From a phage: 64,000 bases of DNA. This document shows positions 19,421 to 29,735 of the stretch, one piece after another. Position 1 is the first letter of the stretch. Each line of letters begins with the position of its first letter. The DNA lies in assembly GCA_024672315.1 (NCBI GenBank), contig GCA_024672315.1_4714.1, one strand, 5' to 3'. The translations under genes and the position numbers were made by a program. Under the pieces are notes generated by a model. It worked only from the letters and a program-made list of their open reading frames with translations, did not search any database and was not told the DNA's origin.

Positions 19421-19799
19421 TAAGTTCGGTAATGAGATCTGTCCATGTCTCGTGACACGTCATCATTTCCTGCTCTCGACTTAGTATGCCGATGTCTGCG
19501 TGGACGCTGGACTCGAACCGGTCTAAAAGGACCCGAAGAACGTGCACCTTGTCGATGTATTTCACCGTTATCCAAGAAAGCGGTTGCCATCGACTCAACA
19601 TCCATCCGGTACTCGGGAACCCCAAACTCATATAGTACGGGTTGCACCGGACCGAAGACGGAGCGACGTTGTTTAAATCGTTCCTTAAGGGCAAGGCCTT
19701 GTTTAATATAAACGGGTTCATTGGCGAGCTGTTCCGCTTTTCGTTTTGCGTGAGCCAATCGAAGTTCTTCCAATTGCCCAAGCCATTCAAATTGTTCAT
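19170..19799 (-). CDS. hypothetical protein
   Basis: ORF-track coordinates; overlaps the upstream gene by about 380 nt, so the true start is probably internal (about 19466). Confidence 0.35.
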   Translation of the reverse strand: MNNLNGLGNWKNFDWLTQNEKRNSSPMNPFILNKALPLRNDLNNVAPSSVRCNPYYMSLGFPSTGWMLSRWQPLSWITVKYIDKVHVLRVLLDRFESSVHADIGILSREQEMMTCHETWTDLITELIERAGDTERIFNEDDPSMERHVDAYHAAASELTNLTMALEPVFGSEFIHVWEHMLEGPYNWALESYNAATFVAIFRAISERRF

Positions 19800-20394
19800 C
19801 TGTTAGCTCCTGGGGACGTTCAACAATCGCGCCAGACGGGCAGATATTGATCGTAATGTTAATTGACGGCATCGCCATCACTCGAGGATTACTATTACGT
19901 ACGCGGACAACGTGTTCGGTTGCTGATTTACGATCGACGCAATACTCTGTTTCTTGGAACTCAAATGCTTTTAACGGCGTTGGTTTTGTTTGACGTTTAG
20001 GAACGCGGCCAAGATCAACAATATAGGCATAATCGCACACACGTTCTATTCCGTAAATACGGTTATCCGACCAGTTCTTACCAAACAGCTTATTGTGATG
20101 ATAAGACAGATATTCGGTTACCATACCCTGGACAACATCGAAGTCTTCTCGAAATTCAGGTTGGTACCAAATCGGGCCGAGAATATCTGCGAACGATTCA
20201 TGACGATATCGAGGATCATGTCGAGTCCAGGTCATTCTCTGGTTAAGATCGAAATCCACCAACAACTCGGTTAATTGCAATTTTTCCTTCGGAGAAAGCT
20301 GGCGTTGATGATGCAAACTCAGGCAATCGATAAGCGGTAATGAAACCCACGATGCTAATGTGTACAAATCGATCCTGGCTAATCTCTTGGTCAT
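19417..20394 (-). CDS. hypothetical protein
   Basis: 325-aa ORF. Confidence 0.5.
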   Translation of the reverse strand: MTKRLARIDLYTLASWVSLPLIDCLSLHHQRQLSPKEKLQLTELLVDFDLNQRMTWTRHDPRYRHESFADILGPIWYQPEFREDFDVVQGMVTEYLSYHHNKLFGKNWSDNRIYGIERVCDYAYIVDLGRVPKRQTKPTPLKAFEFQETEYCVDRKSATEHVVRVRNSNPRVMAMPSINITINICPSGAIVERPQELTDEQFEWLGQLEELRLAHAKRKAEQLANEPVYIKQGLALKERFKQRRSVFGPVQPVLYEFGVPEYRMDVESMATAFLDNGEIHRQGARSSGPFRPVRVQRPRRHRHTKSRAGNDDVSRDMDRSHYRTY

Positions 20395-20485
20395 ACTCTT
20401 TTCCTAAGTCCCCATTGTTTATACACACGATATCTGGGAATAGTTAAAATATACGGCGTAAAACGAAGCAGGAGAGTTTCTGACG

Positions 20486-20806
20486 TCATTTTCTCCCTCT
20501 TCGAATACCACCGATACCTCTTTCGTCTAAGACGTCCCAGGCACGCTTTATTTCATCCTCCGTTGCTCTGGTATCTGGAGGGACAACCATAACACAGTCG
20601 TGGAATGGCCAATGTGTAGGTCTGGGATTAGCGAACAAATCATCCCATTCAAATGTCCATTCTTTCTTTGAGCGATTGTAATAGAGCGTAAGGTACGTGT
20701 TGGTATACGCCGGATAACCACGCATAACCTCAATATCCTTGCGATCTTGCCGTTCCTGATTCCAATCGTTAAACCGCTTTCTTATTTTCTCCCACCACTT
20801 TCCCAT
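20486..20806 (-). CDS. hypothetical protein
   Basis: 106-aa ORF. Confidence 0.45.
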   Translation of the reverse strand: MGKWWEKIRKRFNDWNQERQDRKDIEVMRGYPAYTNTYLTLYYNRSKKEWTFEWDDLFANPRPTHWPFHDCVMVVPPDTRATEDEIKRAWDVLDERGIGGIRRGRK

Positions 20807-20859
20807 GCTTTCTCCTACGCGGCATAAAAGCCTGCCCCGAAGGACAGGCTCGATAGAAC

Positions 20860-21060
20860 TTAATAACCATCCAATTTCAATGAAGGATGGTTGACGATAT
20901 GTGCGTGTTTTGCTGGGTCATATAGCTGATATGGAAAATAGCCATGCCATTGACGGCCTTGGCATTTCGTACACAGGAACTGACCAGCACTTTGTCGATT
21001 CTCGTAAGCGAGTTCGGTACTATCAACATGACCGCAACGTTCGCAGATAAACAGCGACAT
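20860..21060 (-). CDS. small zinc-ribbon-like protein
   Basis: 66 aa with two CxxC pairs (CERCGH...CTKCQG). Confidence 0.4.
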   Translation of the reverse strand: MSLFICERCGHVDSTELAYENRQSAGQFLCTKCQGRQWHGYFPYQLYDPAKHAHIVNHPSLKLDGY

Positions 21061-21097
21061 AGCGCATCCCCATTCACTTGAACTTTTTGGTTCGGTG

Positions 21098-22078
21098 TTA
21101 GAAAAGCAAGAAACCGCTATTCTTCGCTTCCGCTACAGTTTCGTCACCAACTTTCGGTGCCTGTTGACGTGCGTTACGATGTTCGATGTAACGTTTCGCT
21201 TCGTCCGCGATCTGTTTGATAATACCCCCTAAACGATCGGTACTTAAAACAAACGACGTCGCTTCACGAATCGGGCTGCTTTCAGGCACAAAACCATCAC
21301 AGCTGTAAATAGCGCTAACGCCCATGACTTTGGTCGCGTCTTTCGGATAAAGCGTACAGAAAGCAATCGGGCTATCGTTCTCTTTCGTCCAATCGTATCC
21401 CATGAACGTATTCAGTTCGGTGATCGTTGGTTCCAAACCGGTAACACGCGGATGGTTTAAGAAGTTTTCCAGGTCGGCGCTGTCAAGACGACGGTTCTCG
21501 CCAGAAAACAGAACACAAAGCTGGCTAATAACAACCTGCACGTCCAGGTTGACATCCTGCTCCGATTTCCCATTTTCGCCATTCATGTGATAGCTAACAA
21601 TCACTGGACGTTTCAACCCTTCTGCGGCTGCCATCAGTCCTTTGAAGGTGCGATCGGCGTTGATCGTCTGACGCTCATCATCGAACGAGGCAACGATACA
21701 ACACACCACACGTTCACCGCGTTCCAGCAGATTAGCAACCAACGCAGGACCGGCAACAGAACCTGAACCACCGCTCAAACTAAAGACCACGATATTAAAT
21801 TTACCTGGCGTATGCTTATTGAGAATACCTGGGATTTGTGAACAGATCAGCTCAGCGTTCTCATCACGCTTCTTACCGGAACCGTCTAGCTCACGACCAG
21901 CTGCATCTTTAAAGATGTAAATATGATCGTCGCCCAGTGTGCTATCGCGTAGGTTAGCGCGGCTGGTATCAACATACGTCATGCTGTGTAATCCTTTCGC
22001 GACTTCGCCTTCAAATGCTGAGCCGATTTCGCCACCACAACCACCGACAGCCCAAATATGTACTTGGTTCTCTTGCAT
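21098..22078 (-). CDS. phuZ: PhuZ-like phage tubulin (tubulin/FtsZ-family GTPase)
   Basis: 326 aa; N-terminal AVGGCGGEIGSAF resembles the FtsZ GGGGxN motif; FSLSGGSGSVAGP resembles the tubulin signature GGGTGSG; N-A-D in a T7-loop-like position; size matches PhuZ; AGGAG RBS. Confidence 0.8.
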   Translation of the reverse strand: MQENQVHIWAVGGCGGEIGSAFEGEVAKGLHSMTYVDTSRANLRDSTLGDDHIYIFKDAAGRELDGSGKKRDENAELICSQIPGILNKHTPGKFNIVVFSLSGGSGSVAGPALVANLLERGERVVCCIVASFDDERQTINADRTFKGLMAAAEGLKRPVIVSYHMNGENGKSEQDVNLDVQVVISQLCVLFSGENRRLDSADLENFLNHPRVTGLEPTITELNTFMGYDWTKENDSPIAFCTLYPKDATKVMGVSAIYSCDGFVPESSPIREATSFVLSTDRLGGIIKQIADEAKRYIEHRNARQQAPKVGDETVAEAKNSGFLLF

Positions 22079-22142
22079 GTGAACTCCTAACTTAATATGT
22101 ATTTAACGCACAATGAATCTTACTTTGCTAAAGGGGTGACCC

Positions 22143-22985
22143 ATGGGTGCTATTGACTACAGTGTAGATCGTATCTGTCGTACAATACCGGCAGATATCC
22201 TACAGTATTGCTATATCGATCGTTACGACTGGCGTAATCGCTATCCTCGTTCCGTAGAAGACATCATTACCGATTGGGTAATCCGTAAACGGGTTATCGG
22301 CGACATCGATATCTACGGGGGACTACAAACCGTTATTCCCCTTGATGATGCCGGTGTCACTATCGAAGAAGTCACCATTAACTGTTATGTTTTCCACATC
22401 CCGTTGGAAGCCACGCAGGGACGTTATATCACGTCTGCATTATCCATTATTTCAGGGAGCGTGAACAACTACGGAATAAACTATAACGGTCAATGGGGCG
22501 CTTTCAACCAAACCCAATTTCAACGTCAGCTTTGCGGATGGAACCCCGCAAGCAACACATTACAGCAAGGGATGAACGCGTTCGGTCCCATGAACGTTCT
22601 TAGTACAGCCAACGTTGATATCATCGCCCCTAACACCATCATGGTGAACAACGTCACGCCTGTACAATTTCCCCTGAGTCTACGTTGTTTCCTTGCCCAC
22701 GATCCGGAACTTACTAACCTCAGCATGGAGGTTTGGAACGACTTCTACAAACTCTGTTTATACGCCACACAAAGTGACATCTACAACAGAACCGTTATCC
22801 GTCTTGATAGAGGTGTTACAGCACAAGGACAAGAAGTCGGTGCATTCAAGGAATACATCGATCGCTTTGCTGATGCTGAAAACACATATCAGGAATTCCT
22901 GAACGAAACGTGGGCTGGCGTTGCTGCCTGGAACGATCCACAAACTAAACGTCGCGCCATTCGTTTGCAAACCGGTTACTTCTGA
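22143..22985 (+). CDS. hypothetical protein
   Basis: 280-aa plus-strand ORF divergent from the tubulin gene. Confidence 0.5.
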   Translation: MGAIDYSVDRICRTIPADILQYCYIDRYDWRNRYPRSVEDIITDWVIRKRVIGDIDIYGGLQTVIPLDDAGVTIEEVTINCYVFHIPLEATQGRYITSALSIISGSVNNYGINYNGQWGAFNQTQFQRQLCGWNPASNTLQQGMNAFGPMNVLSTANVDIIAPNTIMVNNVTPVQFPLSLRCFLAHDPELTNLSMEVWNDFYKLCLYATQSDIYNRTVIRLDRGVTAQGQEVGAFKEYIDRFADAENTYQEFLNETWAGVAAWNDPQTKRRAIRLQTGYF

Positions 22986-23512
22986 TTAACGATAGCTTCC
23001 TCCCTCGGTGTTTTCGAGGGAGGTATTTGCCGTTTAAACACTTTCAGCACGTTCGTAAATTCAGCAGCAATAATACAGGCCGAGGTTGATAGCTTATTGC
23101 TGAAAATGAGATCGTCCGGTAAACAATCGAACTGAATACCGTATTGCGTCTTTGTCTCATCAACGATCAATGACGGTGTCGATCTTGTCTTCGCAATGTC
23201 GGTGATATACAAACGTAAAAATAATTCACCGTCTTCGCTATCCATAAAACGATAGGCGTTACCAGAAAACGCAACACATGGTGTAACGATAAATTGAACA
23301 CGATCGTCGATCGGATGGATATTTAACCAACGTTCGATATCATTACTACTCACATTTTGCATATTTACTACGGTAAAAGCAAATAGCGTATCGTGATGCT
23401 TGGAATAATGCAGCACATACGCCGCACCTTTCTTTTTGTGAATCCCTTCAATGTATTCTATTGTCGTATAGCCGGATTTATATAGCTTTACTTGCGGTTT
23501 CTCACTCATCAT
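22976..23512 (-). CDS. hypothetical protein
   Basis: ORF-track 22976..23593; start moved to ATG 23512, which overlaps the upstream stop (ATGATGA). Confidence 0.45.
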   Translation of the reverse strand: MMSEKPQVKLYKSGYTTIEYIEGIHKKKGAAYVLHYSKHHDTLFAFTVVNMQNVSSNDIERWLNIHPIDDRVQFIVTPCVAFSGNAYRFMDSEDGELFLRLYITDIAKTRSTPSLIVDETKTQYGIQFDCLPDDLIFSNKLSTSACIIAAEFTNVLKVFKRQIPPSKTPREEAIVNQK

Positions 23513-23808
23513 AACAGCCCTTCCCGTTTCATCGCAGCGCGCATACTTGCGTAAAGCGCATTCTTCATCGCACCTGGACGCAACGGATAACAAATCTCAT
23601 ATCGACGTCCTTGTTTTACAGCAATTTTCCTTCCGTTCAGAAACAACGTGCCATTATCCAACAACAACTCACCTTGTAGTATCATGAGTCCTGCTTTAAC
23701 ATGACGTCCTTCTTCTTTCGTTAAGACCTTATAGCCGTGTTTATCCAATAACCACAATTCGTAGATACCATGCGCAGCCTTCGGCATTACTTTCTTCTTC
23801 GTCGTCAT
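23509..23808 (-). CDS. hypothetical protein
   Basis: 99-aa ORF with AAGGAGG RBS. Confidence 0.55.
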   Translation of the reverse strand: MTTKKKVMPKAAHGIYELWLLDKHGYKVLTKEEGRHVKAGLMILQGELLLDNGTLFLNGRKIAVKQGRRYEICYPLRPGAMKNALYASMRAAMKREGLL

Positions 23809-23820
23809 GGAAGATCCTCC

Positions 23821-24195
23821 TTAAACTCCTTGTCGGATCATCACCAACCGGAGCATGTTGTATTCCAATGTAGCGCTTTCTAATTCGAATTCATATCGAT
23901 ACCAGAAATTCGGCTCTAATTGACCTACAACACATTTACGAACATCTGTCTGCACCTTCCTCGACAGCACCTGTAACAGTTGTGTTATCTCCGGCTTGAA
24001 GTAATGCGCCAAACCTAACTGATCAGAATAAAACAGGCCACAATCAAAGATGGCCTGTAAAATAACATATTCAACCATCAGGTGACGCGCATCGGGGTCA
24101 GGGAATGGCGAACGTAAAGCGAGGTCTAACACATCGACGATTGGGCCGACATAAATGGCGGCGCGGTACTCACGAATAACACTGATGTTATCCAT
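23821..24195 (-). CDS. hypothetical protein
   Basis: 124-aa ORF. Confidence 0.45.
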   Translation of the reverse strand: MDNISVIREYRAAIYVGPIVDVLDLALRSPFPDPDARHLMVEYVILQAIFDCGLFYSDQLGLAHYFKPEITQLLQVLSRKVQTDVRKCVVGQLEPNFWYRYEFELESATLEYNMLRLVMIRQGV

Positions 24196-24208
24196 GGTAG
24201 CCTATTCA

Positions 24209-25033
24209 TTAACTATCGCTTTCTGATGTATCGACGTAGTTGAAAATACGATCCCGTAAACACTCGTAACGAGGCAACGCGCTAAGAATGATCATCTTCA
24301 ACTGCATCGCGATCGATACGCGTTCTTCATCCGATGCATCATCTCCCCATTTACCCGGCTTAACCTGAATAGGTTCATGCGGATCCTGCGGGAATATAAA
24401 ACTTAACAACAGATAATCCGTACGGAACTCCCACACTTCTCGACCGTCGTTATCGGTTTCTTTACGTAACGTGAAGAGTTGACGTTCGGTGGTTGGATCC
24501 AGCATCAGCGGTCGACCACGAACAATCTCCAGTTTACGTGGGCTGACGAACGTCGTACGTTCGGGAAGGTATTTTTCAACATCATCCGTATCCAACAAGA
24601 ACAAAATGATGTCGTCGAAATACTTCGGTGCGTACGTGTGTATCGGTTCACCGTCGCTATACGAAGAGATCTCTTGGAGTATTGGTGTCTTACACGAAAA
24701 GTTCTGGCATGAACCACGGGTGATCGGTAAGGTGGTCCATTGATGTTCTGTAGACAATTCAACAGGCACCAACGGATAGTCATCAATGAATACCACACAC
24801 GTTGTGCTAATGGGTATTCTTCCGTCATTACCCGGTTCAAAAACCAAACGTATCTTACCAGTAATCAGCGCCATCTCATCTGGCATTAAATGGCTTGCTG
24901 ACCGGGCAAGTCTGAAACCGCTCGCCTGTTTATAAGGTTCGGGTTTATAGCCACGGACAATAAGAGAGACATCCGCAAGTTCAACGCTCACGAATGCATC
25001 TTTGGTGTCTTCATTGTTCGTCGTTAACGTCAT
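24209..25033 (-). CDS. hypothetical protein
   Basis: 274-aa ORF; GGAGAAAA RBS. Confidence 0.55.
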   Translation of the reverse strand: MTLTTNNEDTKDAFVSVELADVSLIVRGYKPEPYKQASGFRLARSASHLMPDEMALITGKIRLVFEPGNDGRIPISTTCVVFIDDYPLVPVELSTEHQWTTLPITRGSCQNFSCKTPILQEISSYSDGEPIHTYAPKYFDDIILFLLDTDDVEKYLPERTTFVSPRKLEIVRGRPLMLDPTTERQLFTLRKETDNDGREVWEFRTDYLLLSFIFPQDPHEPIQVKPGKWGDDASDEERVSIAMQLKMIILSALPRYECLRDRIFNYVDTSESDS

Positions 25034-26048
25034 TGTTCATTTTCTCCATTGCAACGAATCGTTCAAGCTCGCGTAATAAACGCTCTTTTAACGCAGGATC
25101 AACTTCCGGAGCATGTTTATCACGATACCATTCGGTCCCGTTGTATTGCAGGCTAACATGCCACGTTCCTAACGGGCTTTCCTCTGCAGCAGCGATGAAA
25201 TTCTTAACGCCGGTTTTGGTAGGATACTCCATGATAGGAACAGCCTGCTTCAGATCCATTACGGTAAGATCCTGGAAGTTATAATCCAGAAGCGTTAACG
25301 CACGTTTGTCGCGTAACAGTAACCCGCAATCCAAGATGGTGAAATCAATACCCCAGAAACGTAACTTACCTCCAACCCCAACAGGAGTGTGACCACGATA
25401 AACCGCGAGATAAATCTCACCTTTATCGGTTTCTTTGTTGTATCCAGCAATAAAAGCGGCTGTGATTAATGGTTGGTGTCCTTTCGCTAAGAAGACAGGG
25501 TGGTTATGATACAACCAGTCACTACGAATCAGATCGGTAACCTGACCTAAACGTGCTGTTGGTACCATCACCGATCCCAGAGTCTCATCAACAGGAACCT
25601 GGTAATATTCAAACAGAACACCATCGATTTCTTCGGTAGCGTAAGGCGTACGTGTAGGATCGTTAAGGAGTTTACGGAGTTTTGTGTCGATTTCGTTAAC
25701 ACGGCTACCCTGCTCTTTCTCACGACTGCCGATAACAAAAGCAACAAGATTGCGCACGCTAACAAAAACATCATCTTTCTCAGTGTCGCTGAGATCAGCT
25801 TCATCCGGCATTGTTGTCCAATGTAACGGACCTTCAACAACCTTAAGCCATTTATCTTCACGTTCAGGATAAACAAAAGGCTTATGCACAGGAACACTGG
25901 TGTGCTGAACTCGCAATAACAGGCTACATAACGGCGGTAATGTTTTCTCTAGAGGAGGAACAATACCTGAGGTAACGGAAATAACGTAACGATTAAGAAC
26001 AAGAGAAGCTGAATAAGTGATGTTATCTAATCCTGGTAATTGATCCAT
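25011..26048 (-). CDS. hypothetical protein
   Basis: 345-aa ORF; AAGGA RBS; 305-nt AT-rich leader upstream. Confidence 0.55.
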   Translation of the reverse strand: MDQLPGLDNITYSASLVLNRYVISVTSGIVPPLEKTLPPLCSLLLRVQHTSVPVHKPFVYPEREDKWLKVVEGPLHWTTMPDEADLSDTEKDDVFVSVRNLVAFVIGSREKEQGSRVNEIDTKLRKLLNDPTRTPYATEEIDGVLFEYYQVPVDETLGSVMVPTARLGQVTDLIRSDWLYHNHPVFLAKGHQPLITAAFIAGYNKETDKGEIYLAVYRGHTPVGVGGKLRFWGIDFTILDCGLLLRDKRALTLLDYNFQDLTVMDLKQAVPIMEYPTKTGVKNFIAAAEESPLGTWHVSLQYNGTEWYRDKHAPEVDPALKERLLRELERFVAMEKMNNDVNDEQ

Positions 26049-26303
26049 GATAGAAATCCTTAGTATATTTGATATGTTGTTTAATTGACATATTAAGTTT
26101 AAAAGAGGTTATGTTTTACGTATTGTTAATAACGTATTCTTATCTCTATTAAGTTATGTTCTATCTAAAGATAGTAAACAGATATAATGCTCCCCACCTC
26201 CCCATTCTCCCAAGTAATACTGGCCTACCGGCCCTCTCCTTTTTAAGGGAGAGAGTAAGCATTCAGTATTGCTCAAATGAATAAGCAAAACAGTATAAAC
26301 TTA

Positions 26304-26327
26304 CCGTCTCGAGATAACTCGAGACGG
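26304..26327 (-). terminator. putative intrinsic terminator
   Basis: CCGTCTCGAG-ataa-CTCGAGACGG perfect 10-bp stem just downstream of the 26354 stop; followed on the minus strand by TAAGTTTATACTGTTTT. Confidence 0.5.
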
Positions 26328-26353
26328 CGTAGTATCTGTTTATCTCTTTTATG

Positions 26354-26707
26354 TTAACAGCCTATTTCTGCATGAACCTTTAACGATTCGAATACATCTT
26401 CCTTCTTTATCATCGTCTTGTATAAACGTGATTGAGCAATGATCTTTATCCATTGTTGCGGATCGCGTAAATTCACATTTTCAAAACGGGGTGGGGTATT
26501 ATCTCCGTCGAGTCGGATATACCCTAAGAGCAATCCTTCATGGTGTCCTCGACGGATTTCGATATGCGGTTTGAGGAAGATGCGGTTATCTGGTGGATAC
26601 CAGCTTACGGTGTAATAATGGTTTCCTGAAACAACGAACTCATGAACGGTTTTTGTTTCATCATCAATGACCGCGTTTACGCTGGGAATCATTAATTTTT
26701 GAAGCAC
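26354..26707 (-). CDS. hypothetical protein
   Basis: 117-aa ORF. Confidence 0.5.
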   Translation of the reverse strand: MLQKLMIPSVNAVIDDETKTVHEFVVSGNHYYTVSWYPPDNRIFLKPHIEIRRGHHEGLLLGYIRLDGDNTPPRFENVNLRDPQQWIKIIAQSRLYKTMIKKEDVFESLKVHAEIGC

Positions 26708-27291
26708 GGGACATAAACCTCCATCAACATCGCATAAAGCGCACCAAGCCCATGCAGGACTTGGTTAGGTGCAAAGGTCGGTGTGTAACATACTTGTTCG
26801 GTTGGTGCTTGTTGACGTAAGTCTAGCGGATCCCCGTTAATAAGCATCTGCAGGAGATCGGCGTCATCTTGCAATGTGTCTTCATCGATGTATGCGTCAA
26901 CACAAAGCAGTCGGTGTAACTGTTCTGGTTTAATTGAAATACCGACAACCATGCAGTTGTTGTAAGTGGCGTTGTCCAGAAAGAAGTGAATGACACCCGC
27001 CTGAGGATCGCCACCGTAGTGGAGCCAACGCGTAAAGCCAGCCGACATCATCCATAGCGGGTTGTGTTGTAACGCACTGACGACGCGGGTCTCGAATTCC
27101 AAACCAAACTTCTGGAAGATCGCACCCATCTGGAAACGATCTTCATCGAGACGGTAGCGGAATATACAAGCATCCGATCCCGTTGAGTTGTCGTACACCG
27201 AAAGATACCCACGATGGATTTCCACGGTAACATTGTTGTCGTCAAGCGTAGCGCTCGCAACGCCGTTAGAAAAGGTTGGAACAAAGCTCAT
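26692..27291 (-). CDS. hypothetical protein
   Basis: 199-aa ORF. Confidence 0.5.
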   Translation of the reverse strand: MSFVPTFSNGVASATLDDNNVTVEIHRGYLSVYDNSTGSDACIFRYRLDEDRFQMGAIFQKFGLEFETRVVSALQHNPLWMMSAGFTRWLHYGGDPQAGVIHFFLDNATYNNCMVVGISIKPEQLHRLLCVDAYIDEDTLQDDADLLQMLINGDPLDLRQQAPTEQVCYTPTFAPNQVLHGLGALYAMLMEVYVPCFKN

Positions 27292-27839
27292 CTTGTAATC
27301 CTTAATTTACCTGAATGAATTATTGTTGACGGGTCCACGACGCGACCGTATTTCGCATTACGTAATACACGATGTCCAAAGAAGTCGGCGGTTTCCAAAA
27401 CAACCGTGTAACAACCCAGCTGATGTTGATGTCCCCAAAACCGTTCAATGGGAATCCAGCAGGGCGACATGCCTTTGTGTCGCCAATCCGTAACACAACC
27501 GAATTCAGCAAACTGTTCAGTAAACCACTCGTCAATGTCGGTATCCGTAAAGAGAAATACGTGGTTTTTAACCAGATAAGCGAACCCAGGATAAAAAAGC
27601 TGAGGGTCATCCGGGTCACGTAGATAAACACGAAGTTTGTCTAGCGTACCCTCGACAACGATTGTATCGGGTAATCCTGGCGGCGTGAACCGAAGTTGGA
27701 AGTTATCCTCGTTTGCCGAGGCGTTAACCAAATACCCCAGTTGAAGGGGTCGATGCAGTTCGAAAAGGTTAAACGTTAATGCATATTCGATATACTCTAA
27801 TCCTATATTCATGTCTGACCTATGTGGTATGGACGGCAT
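27288..27839 (-). CDS. hypothetical protein
   Basis: 183-aa ORF; a near-consensus promoter-like motif (TACATTACC on minus) lies about 30 nt upstream. Confidence 0.5.
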   Translation of the reverse strand: MPSIPHRSDMNIGLEYIEYALTFNLFELHRPLQLGYLVNASANEDNFQLRFTPPGLPDTIVVEGTLDKLRVYLRDPDDPQLFYPGFAYLVKNHVFLFTDTDIDEWFTEQFAEFGCVTDWRHKGMSPCWIPIERFWGHQHQLGCYTVVLETADFFGHRVLRNAKYGRVVDPSTIIHSGKLRITR

Positions 27840-27944
27840 TGCATTGCCTTCCGCGAGTGTAATCAGGAAGGTAATGTAGGTTTATTTTAATCTCCATTTC
27901 GCGATGATATGACAGTCTTTATTACGTTTACCATCTGAGGGAGC

Positions 27945-29189
27945 ATGCTCATGTCTTCTATTTTACAGGTGTTTAATGCGCATGCGGAAGGCATTGACAT
28001 CGACGAGTATTTTGTTAATCAGGTTATCCGTTACGCGACACGCTTCCGTACGCAAGACCAAGAACATATGCGTTTTTTCGGTGGGGTTCTGTTAGGTGTA
28101 CAGAAAATCCGATTCACAACAAGACATAACGATATGTGGTTTTCCGACGTCTTGATGATGGATGAAGAAAGCTTACGGCGCGATTTGAGTAAACTGCCCT
28201 TTTACAATACACAGACCAACCGTGTCGCCTCGAACGCCTTTAATCTAAGTTGCTGTTGGTTGCTTTATGCGATCTTCCACAGCAAACAAATCAAAAAAGA
28301 AAAGGTTCGTGAAGCCGGGATGCTTGCAGCAATGCAAGTCCTCCATTATAAATTCATTTGCGGTCTGGTAGCACGACGTTATCCTTATAACGCTGATCCG
28401 GCTATCGCTATTAAGGCGTACGATGAGTTAACACTCAAATCAGGCATCAAGCGCATGAATAGCTGGAATGAGTACATCGACGAACGCTGTAATGCCATCA
28501 TTGCGCGCAATAGTACACATTTCAGTCGCTGGTCAACCCTGGAACCTGATAGTGTCGCCGAACGTTTTGTACGTGATGTGAATACTGGAATCCGTAAGGT
28601 TATCAACCGTATCACCGATACGTACTACGCGATGTACGAAGAAGGTAAGAAGATAGGCACGTCTTCTCAAACTGTAGAATTAGACGATGGTCTCGCTGTT
28701 CGCGATATTAAACGCAACGAAACCACTTATCGTCAATATCTGTTCGAGATCGCTTATGACCGAACAAGTTTCGTTAAACGTGAACTCATGGTCGTCATCC
28801 TCGACGTGCATCATACGACCAATCTTTTATCCCTTGAGCGAGCGTTAAGCTATATCAGCGCTAACGTAGAACGACCGACAAGAGACGGAAAACAGGTCTC
28901 TCAGATGTTGCGGCTTGTAATGGAACATGCTATCGAGTATATCATCTTGAATAAGGTCGATATGCGCGATCTCACGTTCTTATTCTACATGCGTAACGTG
29001 TACACGTCTAACCGTACCAGCAACCCGAAACTGTTAGAGCTGCGTAAACTCGGCTCTGAAGTCATTAAGAAAGCAACCAACGCGAGAAACGACGCTGAAG
29101 CCGCAGCGACACGTACCGGTGTCTTTCTGTATATCCTGCTTCGGGTGTTTAGCCGTAACTATTACGTTCGACGTGCGATGTCACGTTAA
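27945..29189 (+). CDS. hypothetical protein
   Basis: 414-aa plus-strand ORF; GAGGGAG RBS. Confidence 0.55.
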   Translation: MLMSSILQVFNAHAEGIDIDEYFVNQVIRYATRFRTQDQEHMRFFGGVLLGVQKIRFTTRHNDMWFSDVLMMDEESLRRDLSKLPFYNTQTNRVASNAFNLSCCWLLYAIFHSKQIKKEKVREAGMLAAMQVLHYKFICGLVARRYPYNADPAIAIKAYDELTLKSGIKRMNSWNEYIDERCNAIIARNSTHFSRWSTLEPDSVAERFVRDVNTGIRKVINRITDTYYAMYEEGKKIGTSSQTVELDDGLAVRDIKRNETTYRQYLFEIAYDRTSFVKRELMVVILDVHHTTNLLSLERALSYISANVERPTRDGKQVSQMLRLVMEHAIEYIILNKVDMRDLTFLFYMRNVYTSNRTSNPKLLELRKLGSEVIKKATNARNDAEAAATRTGVFLYILLRVFSRNYYVRRAMSR

Positions 29190-29341
29190 CAATGTAACGG
29201 TAAAACTTTACTGACGTTGGTTATTATTTGAAGCATAGGGCTTCACCCAGGAGTACCATCCCTTTAAGTCGTTTGTCCTCTCCTGGTTAACTGTCGTTCT
29301 CTCACAGTGCTCGACAGACCAAAAATGCTCAGGCCTCATAG

Positions 29342-29370
29342 CCTCCTCTGGGAATGGAACCCAGAGGAGG
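29342..29370 (-). terminator. GC-rich hairpin, putative terminator
   Basis: CCTCCTCTGGG-aatggaa-CCCAGAGGAGG perfect 11-bp stem downstream of the 29383 stop. Confidence 0.45.
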
Positions 29371-29382
29371 ACTATGTTTGCC

Positions 29383-29691
29383 TTAAAATTCAATGCGACC
29401 TTTTGTCGTAAACAATACACCTCTTTGCCAACAGAAAAGATCCTCCGATTGAGCACAAACACGAATACCCGCATCGAATAGATGTTTTGTTCTGGCGCTT
29501 AAACAATCTGGATCTTCTACATACAACAGAAGACGTTGGCATTTATTTTGAATGCGTTCGACAAGGATATTCTTATCGCTTAAAATAAAATGCGCGTTAT
29601 CTGTTAAGTTATCGTCGGTTTCCAGCTGCTTGACAAGTTTGATTAAAATACGTAATTGCTCAAGTGTGTCATGATCAAGTGAATCACCCAT
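29383..29691 (-). CDS. hypothetical protein
   Basis: ORF-track 29383..29703; start moved to ATG 29691 with GAGG upstream. Confidence 0.45.
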   Translation of the reverse strand: MGDSLDHDTLEQLRILIKLVKQLETDDNLTDNAHFILSDKNILVERIQNKCQRLLLYVEDPDCLSARTKHLFDAGIRVCAQSEDLFCWQRGVLFTTKGRIEF

Positions 29692-29735
29692 GGCGTACCT
29701 CAACGTTATACGTCGTTTGTATTATAATACGCTAT

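Noticed and set aside
29208-29474. 88-aa minus-strand ORF
   Set aside because: Overlaps the 3' end of a better-supported gene and spans a terminator-like hairpin; likely spurious.
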